Shown: positions 9,042 through 16,153 of the stretch, in pieces
Layout of the letters: each line of letters starts with the position of its first letter
How positions within the stretch are numbered: position 1 is the stretch's first letter
Source: an uncultured Chloroflexia bacterium
GTDB lineage: Bacteria; Chloroflexota; Anaerolineae; Promineifilales; UBA4811
Assembly (NCBI GenBank): GCA_963695825.1
Contig: CAVOHX010000009.1
Span: 133,168 to 197,167, forward strand
DNA: 64,000 bases
Direction of reading: 5' to 3'
Made by a program: the position numbers and the translations under genes
The notes under the pieces: generated by a model
Told to the model about the DNA's origin: nothing
Seen by the model: only the letters and a program-made list of their open reading frames with translations
The model's database searches: none

Positions 9042-11186
9042 ATGGAGATGCCTGCCGCTTCACAGGAGAAATCGGACCACAAGCTGGTCAGATGGTTGTT
9101 GAATCTGGTCGCCATCACGGTGGCCCTGAGCCTGCTGTATGCTGTACTGTTTTACCTCGGCGGGCCGGTCCGCTTGGCAGTGGTCACCGAGGTGTTGGAC
9201 CTGGCGTTTAAGACTGACGGCGAGCAGCTAGCGGTTGCAGCGCAGGACGGCACGGTCTGGCTCTACGATGTGAGCCGAGACTGGGCGGCAACCGCGCTCT
9301 CTGATCACGAGGCGCCGGTCATCGACGTAGCGATATCCCCTGATGGCTCTTCCCTGGTGTCCGTCGATCAAGAGGGTGAGGTCCGAATCTGGCAGGTTCC
9401 CGGGGGCCGGGTTGAGAAAGCGTTCAGCACCGGGGGCCCAGTGAGTCAGGCAGCCGTTGCGGCCGACGGATCGGTGTTGGCGACCTTGGGCGGCGATGAT
9501 ATCATCCGCACCTGGGAATTGCCCTCCGGTGATCAGCTTCAGTCCATTGGTCCCGAGGAGGGGGTTGGCCTATCGGTCGCGGTGAGTGCAGACGGCTCGC
9601 TGGTGGCGGCCGGCGTGGACGACAAGATCGGCCTCTGGGACTCGCACACCGGGGCGTTGGTGCGCACCCTGGAGGGCTATTGGGAGGATGAAACCCAAGA
9701 GGATTGGCTCGGGCACGACGAGGAAGTCACGGCGCTCGCCTTTAGTCCGGACGGGGAGATGCTCGCCTCGGGCAGCGCGGACACGACGATCAACTTTTGG
9801 GGAGTGGACACGGGCGAGGTGATTTGGCCGTCCGAGGGACACTGGGGGACAGTGACCAAGCTGGTGTTCAACGCCGAAGGCGATCTACTTCTTTCGGGCG
9901 GCAAGGACAACAAGGTCCGGAGTTTCCGGGTAGCCGGCGGTAGAAGCACCGCGCTGTACGAGGGGCACGTGGGTACCATCAATGGCGTCGCCTTTGGACC
10001 TACGCCCGATACCATTCTCACGGCCGCCAACGATGGCTCGGTGCGTCTCTGGGAGACAGCCAACCAGAAGGTCCAACACATCGAGTGGCCTCGGTATGGC
10101 CTGCAATCGGTGTGGGGCGACCTCTTTGGCATCTGGACACTCGTCAGCGGCGTTCTCGGCGCGATATGCCTGGTTGGCCTGCGCCGACGCAAGACATGGA
10201 GCCATCTGGTAACACTGGCGCTGTTCCTGGTGGGACCCATCGTGGTGCTTGGTCTTCCTCTGCTCGAGGCGCTATCGTATCCGATATCGACTGGTATCAA
10301 ACTGCAAATTGGTTGGCCCTTGGTGTTGCTCGCTGCCTGGTATTCGGCGTTGGTGGTGTTGCTAATGCGGGACAGCGTCGTGGCCGTGTATGAGGCTCCG
10401 CGTGATGTGCCGTTGGCCGACCGCTTGGTGATCAGCCAACGCACCGCCAAATCCCGTTTTGGGATCTTTGGTTTGGGGACGTGGATGCTGGTGTTGGTGC
10501 TGCTCTATTCCGTGCTGCGACGCTTTAACCTCGACATCGCGTTCATGGGCCACTTTTTCTCCTTTATCATGCAGGGGAGCTGGATCACGCTGCGCATCTC
10601 GGCCATCTCTATCCTGCTGGCGGTGGTCCTGGCCCTGGTGGGCGCCTTGGGGCGTCTGTCCAAGAACCCGGCTGCGAACGGCTTGGCCAGCTTTTATGTG
10701 TCGCTCATTCGTGGCACACCGCTCCTGGTGCAGGTGTACATTTGGTACCTGGGTTTGCCGCGGTTGGACATTGTGCTTCCCGGAGAGCTAGCCGGCATAT
10801 TGGCGCTCGGGGTGAACTATGGCGCCTATATGTCAGAAACCTTTCGCGCGGGGATTCAGGCGATTGGCAAGGGGCAGTACGAAGCGGCGCAGGCGTTGGG
10901 GATGACGCGAGGGCAGACGTTTCGCAGGATCGTTCTACCACAGGCCTTCCGTATTGTGATTCCACCGATTGGCAACGATTTCATCGCCATGATGAAGGAC
11001 TCGTCGCTGGTGTCGGTGATGGCCATCTGGGAGCTGACGTATCGGGCGCAAAAGATCGGCCGGCAGAACTTTCGCAACATGGAGACCTTTATCATCGCCG
11101 CCGCGTTCTACTGGCTGCTGACGGTGGTATTCCAATTCCTTCAGGGCAAGCTGGAGGATTACATGGCTCGCGGCGAAAGGAGGTAA
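9042..11186 (+). CDS. Seven-bladed WD40 beta-propeller fused, through extra TM helices, to a HisM/GlnP-type polar amino acid ABC permease.
   Basis: AGGAGG lies 8 nt before the ATG at 9042. One N-terminal TM helix precedes seven WD-like repeats ending WLYDV, RIWQV, RTWEL, GLWDS, NFWGV, RSFRV and RLWE. About four TM helices follow. A complete permease domain ends the protein (GTPLLVQVYIWYLGLP, AAQALGMTRGQTFRRIVLPQA). Confidence 0.85.
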   Translation: MEMPAASQEKSDHKLVRWLLNLVAITVALSLLYAVLFYLGGPVRLAVVTEVLDLAFKTDGEQLAVAAQDGTVWLYDVSRDWAATALSDHEAPVIDVAISPDGSSLVSVDQEGEVRIWQVPGGRVEKAFSTGGPVSQAAVAADGSVLATLGGDDIIRTWELPSGDQLQSIGPEEGVGLSVAVSADGSLVAAGVDDKIGLWDSHTGALVRTLEGYWEDETQEDWLGHDEEVTALAFSPDGEMLASGSADTTINFWGVDTGEVIWPSEGHWGTVTKLVFNAEGDLLLSGGKDNKVRSFRVAGGRSTALYEGHVGTINGVAFGPTPDTILTAANDGSVRLWETANQKVQHIEWPRYGLQSVWGDLFGIWTLVSGVLGAICLVGLRRRKTWSHLVTLALFLVGPIVVLGLPLLEALSYPISTGIKLQIGWPLVLLAAWYSALVVLLMRDSVVAVYEAPRDVPLADRLVISQRTAKSRFGIFGLGTWMLVLVLLYSVLRRFNLDIAFMGHFFSFIMQGSWITLRISAISILLAVVLALVGALGRLSKNPAANGLASFYVSLIRGTPLLVQVYIWYLGLPRLDIVLPGELAGILALGVNYGAYMSETFRAGIQAIGKGQYEAAQALGMTRGQTFRRIVLPQAFRIVIPPIGNDFIAMMKDSSLVSVMAIWELTYRAQKIGRQNFRNMETFIIAAAFYWLLTVVFQFLQGKLEDYMARGERR

Positions 11187-11190
11187 TCCG

Positions 11191-11967
11191 ATGACTGAAG
11201 AGCGACAGACTCGAGAGTCCAAGACGATGATCAAGGTACGCGACCTGCACAAGTTCTTTGGACCTCTGCACGTCATCAGAGGGGTGGACCTGGAGGTGGC
11301 GCAGCGCGAGGTCGTGGTAATCATTGGGCCATCAGGCGGCGGCAAGAGCACGTTTTTGCGCTGCTTGAACTTTCTTGAAGAGCCGTCGGCCGGCACGATC
11401 GAGGTAGATGGGGTGGAGATCAGGGCGCGCGAGCCGGCCCGCGAGCAGCGCAAGCACATACGGGAGATCCGGCAAAAAGCGGGCATGGTGTTTCAGCAAT
11501 TCAACCTGTTTCCACACATGACGGCGATTGGCAACATTATCGAAGCGCCGCTCACGGTAAAGAAAATGTCCCGGCCGGAGGCCGTGGCCAAGGGTGAGGA
11601 GCTGTTGAGGTGGGTTGGCCTATCGGAGAAACGGGACGAGTTCCCCTCCCGGCTCTCGGGCGGCCAGCAGCAGCGCGTCGCGATCGCTCGGGCGTTGGCG
11701 ATGGAGCCCAAGATTATGCTATTCGACGAACCTACCTCGGCGCTCGATCCGGAGCTGATCGGCGAGGTGGTAGAGGTGATGGAGCGCATGGCGGACGAGG
11801 GCATGACCATGGTGGTGGTGACCCATGAGCTGCATTTCGCCCGTGACGTGGCTGATCGCGTGATTCTGATGGCCGACGGCGTGTGGGGAGAAATGGCTCC
11901 CCCCGACGTGTTTTTTACGAACCCCAAGGAGGAGCGTACGCGCCAGTTTCTGGCTCACATCTTGTGA
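11191..11967 (+). CDS. Polar amino acid ABC transporter ATP-binding protein (GlnQ/HisP family).
   Basis: AAGGAGG RBS. Motifs: GPSGGGKST, LSGGQQQRVAIARALAMEP, IMLFDEPTSALDPE, VVTHELHFARDVADRV. Confidence 0.9.
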   Translation: MTEERQTRESKTMIKVRDLHKFFGPLHVIRGVDLEVAQREVVVIIGPSGGGKSTFLRCLNFLEEPSAGTIEVDGVEIRAREPAREQRKHIREIRQKAGMVFQQFNLFPHMTAIGNIIEAPLTVKKMSRPEAVAKGEELLRWVGLSEKRDEFPSRLSGGQQQRVAIARALAMEPKIMLFDEPTSALDPELIGEVVEVMERMADEGMTMVVVTHELHFARDVADRVILMADGVWGEMAPPDVFFTNPKEERTRQFLAHIL

Positions 11968-12250
11968 GTTCAGGCGCCGTCGTGTAACGCGGGTATTGAG
12001 GAGAGGAACGATGTTCACTGGTATGGGGTGGCCAAATCTCGCCAGTGGCCTCTAATCCATAGCCCCAGGTGGGCAGATGCGACTGGCTCAAGCGGGCGGC
12101 AAGGGGCCGCTTTGTCTTGTGCCGGCGGCCGTGGGCGGCGTTCAACGCGGCTATCCTCCGCTCTGCCCGTTCCCCATGTGAAAACTAAAGGCAGGTTGCC
12201 GTCTCGCCTGCCGAGATGAACAGACCGTGAATATCAAGGAGAAAAGCGTC

Positions 12251-13716
12251 ATGAGACCGAAACTGAACATACTCGGCGACGAACTGGTTGAGCAGATCAT
12301 CGCTGAAGGATTCGAGTTGCTGATGGACCCGGGCGTCCGGGTCCACAATGCCGAAGCGCTCCGGTTGCTAGCAGAGGCCGGTGCCGCAAGTGCACATGGA
12401 CACGATGATCGCTCACATACCGCAGGCGTTGGTACGAAAGGCGCTAGAGACGCGCCCATCCGAGTTTTATCTCTACGATCTGGACGGCGAGCGGTGGTGC
12501 ATTACGGGGGCGACAGCGTGCAGTTTGACCCCGGCTCGGCCGCCATCACCATCCTGGACAGCGAAACCCAGGAGCAGCGCGTCCCGGTGACGGCCGACTT
12601 TGTCAAGTTTGTCAAGCTGGTGGAGATGATCCCCCAGTTGGACGCCCAGAGCACGGCGATGATCTGCGTCGACGTCCCGGAAGAGGTCGGCGACCTGTAC
12701 CGCCTCTACCTGGCGCTCAACTATATGCGCAAGCCCATCATCACCGGCGCGTTCCGCAAGGACACCTGGTGGACCATGAAGGACATGCTGGTGGCGATGG
12801 TGGGCAGCGAAGAGGCGCTGGCGGCCAAGCCAATCGCCGTGTTCGATGTCTGCCCGTCGCCGCCTTTGCTGTGGAGCGATCTGACCTGCCAGAACATGAT
12901 CGACTGCGGCGCGCTATGGCATCCCGTCGGAGCTGGTCTCGATGCCGCTCGCGGGCGCCACGGCGCCGGTCACCCTGGCGGCCGCGGTTGTCCAGCACAC
13001 GGCCGAGTGCATGAGCGGCGTGACCATCTGCCAATTGGCGCAGGAGGGTGCGCCCATCGTGTGGGGCGGCTCGCCGGCTGCCTTTGACATGCGCGAAGGC
13101 ACCACCCCGATGGGAGCGGTTGGCACCTGGATGATTGACTGCGCCTACACTCAGGTCGGCAAGGCGCTGAACATGCCGACCCACGCCTACCTGGGCATGT
13201 CGCGATGCCAAAGTCGTTGACGCCCAGTGTGGACTCGAGTCGGCCGGCGGCACGATCATGGCGGCGCTGGCGGGCGTCAACATGGTGTCCGGCGCCGGCA
13301 TGATGGACTTTGAGAGCTGCCAGAGTTTCGAAAAGCTGGTGATCGACGCCGAGATCATCGGCATGGCCAAGCGGCTCATCGCCGGTGTCGAGGCGCGCGA
13401 ACAGCCGATTGCGCTGGGTCTGATGCGCAAGCTCCAGCACCGGGCAGACTACCTGGCCCAACCGCATACCCTCAAGTGGTTCAACAAAGAGCTGTACATC
13501 CCGTCGTCGGTGATCGACCGCGCCTCCCTGGATGGCTGGAAGAAAAAGGGCGCCAAAACGACGTGGGAGCGCGCCCAAGACCGCGTGAAGCAGTTGCTGG
13601 CAGCCTATACGCCGCCCGCGGTGTCGGCCGACTTGCGCGCCGAACTGCGGAATATTGCGACCAGTGCGGCGAGCAAATTCGGCATGGACGAATTGCCGCC
13701 GCTCGCTTTTGACTAA
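12251..13716 (+). pseudogene. MttB-superfamily (trimethylamine methyltransferase-like, non-Pyl) methyltransferase, broken by at least 4 frame shifts near 12388, 12491, 12910 and 13202.
   Basis: AAGGAG precedes the ATG at 12251. Fragments in three frames join collinearly: ...AEAGA|VHMDTMIAHIPQALVRKALETRPSEFYLYDLDGER|VVHYGGDSVQFDP...NMIDC|ARYGIPSELVSMPLAGATAPVTLAAAVVQHTAE...AYLGMS|DAKVVDAQCGLESAGG...GAGMMDFES. No in-frame TAG is needed. The breaks may be sequencing indels rather than true decay. Confidence 0.75.
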
Positions 13717-13747
13717 CACCCACCAATCAAGCCTAAGGAGCGCAGAG

Positions 13748-14392
13748 ATGTCAGATGATCTGTATAAACAAATGGTCGCCAGCATTATTGAGGGCGATCC
13801 GGATGTCACGGTAGAGCTGACCAAACAGGGGATTCAAGCCGGTCTTGAGCCGCTTGATATCGTTAACCGGGGCCTGGTGCCGGGGATGGATGTCGTTGGG
13901 GAAAAGTTCCAGACCGGAGAGTACTTTTTGCCCCATCTGATCATCGCTGCTTCGGCCATGCAGCAGGCGATGGCGTTGCTGGAGCCCGAGTTGCAGGCAC
14001 GGCAGCAGGTGGTGGAGGTGGTGGGTACGGTGGTAATCGGCACCGTCGAGGGCGACATCCACGAGATTGGCAAGTCGCTGGTGGCGACCATGTTGTCCGC
14101 GCACGGCTTTCAGGTGTACGATCTGGGAATCGACGTGGCGACCGAGACCTTTGTGGCTGCGGTAAGGGAAAAAGGCGCCAATCTACTGGGGTTGTCAGCG
14201 CTTCTGACCACTACCATGACGGCCCAGCGCAAGGTGATCGAGGCGCTGGACGAGGCGGGCATTCGCGACCAGGTCAAGGTCCTCGTCGGCGGCGCGCCGG
14301 TCAGCCAGGAGTGGGCCAACACAATCGGCGCTGATGGGTATGCGGAGGATGCGATTGGCGCGGTGGAGGTGGCCCGCCAACTGGCAGCCTAG
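13748..14392 (+). CDS. Corrinoid (cobalamin-binding) protein of the methyltransferase system (MtbC/MttC/MtgC-like).
   Basis: An N-terminal B12-binding_2-like helical cap is followed by the DxHxxG motif in GTVEGDIHEIGKSLV. The Rossmann-like segment LLGLSALLTTTM...VLVGGAP is also present. Confidence 0.9.
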   Translation: MSDDLYKQMVASIIEGDPDVTVELTKQGIQAGLEPLDIVNRGLVPGMDVVGEKFQTGEYFLPHLIIAASAMQQAMALLEPELQARQQVVEVVGTVVIGTVEGDIHEIGKSLVATMLSAHGFQVYDLGIDVATETFVAAVREKGANLLGLSALLTTTMTAQRKVIEALDEAGIRDQVKVLVGGAPVSQEWANTIGADGYAEDAIGAVEVARQLAA

Positions 14393-14591
14393 TTAACGGC
14401 GAGAGACTGGACCCGCGACGCGGCGAGCTACGCCGTTCTCCAGCCGCGGTCCAGCCTCGTGATGGAATCGAGTGGCAGGCCCTGCGCTGTTAGGCAGGGC
14501 CTGCTGCAGATTAGGCAGCAGCGAACGAAATCGATGTGCTGAAGGCATGCTGCGCCGTGGATCAACGGACAAACAGAGAAAGGAGTACGTC

Positions 14592-16055
14592 ATGGCAGGC
14601 TCGATCAAAGCCATCACCGACCCCCGATTCAAGCTGGCGGTGCTCAGCGCCGAGGATGTTGAGACGCTCCACACTGCCACGCTGGATGTAATCGAGAATG
14701 TCGGAGTGCGGTTTCCCAGCACGCGTGCCCTCGATATCTGGGAGTCCCACGGCGCGCTGGTTGACCGGGACAGTATGATTGTCCGCGCCCGTGGGGAGCT
14801 GATCCAAGACGCCCTTAAACAAGCGCCACCCCTCTACACGCTGGCGGCGCGCGATTCTGCGTTGGACCTGGCTCTGGATGGGAATCACGCCTACGTGGGC
14901 ACCGACGGTTGTGGGGTGCAGGTGGTCGATATCGAAACTGGAGAGCGCAGGCAGTCCCGTCTGCAGGACGTGGTCGAGATCGCGCGGGTTGCAGATGCGT
15001 TAGAGCAGGTGGCTTTTCATTGGGTAGCGGTCTCGGCTCAAGACTGTCCCCCAGAGACACGCGGCCTGTACGAGATCAAGGCAATCTGGGAAAACTCGAC
15101 CAAGCACGTGCAGACCGAGAGTATCTACTCGGAGCACGAAGCACGGGCAGCAATCGAGATGGCAGCGGCGATCGCCGGCGGCCGTGATGTGCTGCGCCAG
15201 CGGCCGGTCCTGTCCATCATGCAGTGCACGCTGTCCCCGCTGGGCCAGGACGGCGGCAGTCTGGACGCGGCCTTGATCGGCGCCGAGGCCGGCCTACCGG
15301 TGGGCTTTATGACGATGGCTTCCTGCGTGACCACCGGCCCCGCCACACCGGCAGGGAATCTGGTGGTGGGCAACGCAGAGGTGGTAAGCGCCACAGCCTT
15401 GATCCAGCTTGCGCATCCCGGCGCGCCGGTTTTCTACGCGGCGGCTCAGACGGCGGCCGATCTGCGGACCGGGGCCTACACCGGGGGCGGCCCCGAGGAT
15501 TTCCTGTTTGGCGCGGCGACCAACCAGTTGGCCGATTATTATGACATTCCGCTTTCAATGGGCGCGTTTGCCACCGGGGCCAAAGAGCCCGATTGGCAAG
15601 CAGGTGTCGAGAACAGCCTCTCCTGCCTGATGGCGTCGGCCGTGATGTCCGATATGATGTTGGGGATAGGTTTGCTGCACGGCAGCCGTATCTGGTCATA
15701 CGAGCAGATGCTCATGGATTGTGAGGTGTTTGACATCGTTCACGGCATGATGCAGGGGATCGTCGTGAACGATGACACACTGGCACTGGACGTGATCCGG
15801 CAGGTGGGGCCAGGCGGCAACTTTCTCGCCCAAAAGCACACCCTGCAGAACATGGGCGGACTCTGGGTACCCAAATACATGGATCGGCGGCCGTACCAGG
15901 TGTGGGAAACCAAGCGGGACGGCGCCCGGGATTGGGCCAGGAGCGAGGCGCAACGAATCCTGCGCAATCATCAGCCCGAGCCTCTGGAGACGGGCCTGGC
16001 GGCCGAGCTTGCCAGCATCATCGCCTCGACCGAGCGCAGGATCAAGCGCCAGTAG
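14592..16055 (+). CDS. MttB-superfamily methyltransferase, intact, with no amber codon (non-pyrrolysine type, substrate unknown).
   Basis: GAAAGGAG RBS precedes the ATG at 14592. The 487-codon ORF is uninterrupted. Family-typical blocks are present: LSAEDVETLHTATLDVIENVGVRF, GPATPAGNLVVGNAEV, GGNFLAQKHT. Confidence 0.88.
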   Translation: MAGSIKAITDPRFKLAVLSAEDVETLHTATLDVIENVGVRFPSTRALDIWESHGALVDRDSMIVRARGELIQDALKQAPPLYTLAARDSALDLALDGNHAYVGTDGCGVQVVDIETGERRQSRLQDVVEIARVADALEQVAFHWVAVSAQDCPPETRGLYEIKAIWENSTKHVQTESIYSEHEARAAIEMAAAIAGGRDVLRQRPVLSIMQCTLSPLGQDGGSLDAALIGAEAGLPVGFMTMASCVTTGPATPAGNLVVGNAEVVSATALIQLAHPGAPVFYAAAQTAADLRTGAYTGGGPEDFLFGAATNQLADYYDIPLSMGAFATGAKEPDWQAGVENSLSCLMASAVMSDMMLGIGLLHGSRIWSYEQMLMDCEVFDIVHGMMQGIVVNDDTLALDVIRQVGPGGNFLAQKHTLQNMGGLWVPKYMDRRPYQVWETKRDGARDWARSEAQRILRNHQPEPLETGLAAELASIIASTERRIKRQ

Positions 16056-16153
16056 AGCGTCAGGGGCGGGCGCTCGATTTGACCACCCACGCTTTGCAGT
16101 TAGAATTCTGAGGCGGGTGTGACTGCCCGCAAAGGATAAACTCGGAGAGCTGA

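Noticed and set aside
9042-11186. The WD40-permease as an artefactual fusion of two adjacent genes.
   Set aside because: The propeller, the intervening TM helices and the permease are all in the same frame. The dominant error type in this window (a single indel) would shift the frame, so it could not have created the fusion. There is also no RBS before the internal Met. I keep this as a caveat, not a rejection of the finding.
12020-12180. A possible cobalamin riboswitch upstream of the corrinoid-dependent methyltransferase genes. A GCCACTGG-like string and an AGCCAG…CTGCC string appear on the reverse complement.
   Set aside because: The matches are on the wrong strand for the downstream genes and in the wrong relative order. 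The GGTG…AA.TCC core is absent. I consider it a chance resemblance in GC-rich sequence. Only an Infernal scan could settle this.
12251-16055. Pyrrolysine (in-frame TAG) recoding in the MttB-family genes.
   Set aside because: The intact copy has no internal stop. The broken copy is restored entirely by frame shifts, and none of the interruptions is a TAG that would need read-through. No pyl genes are present in the window.
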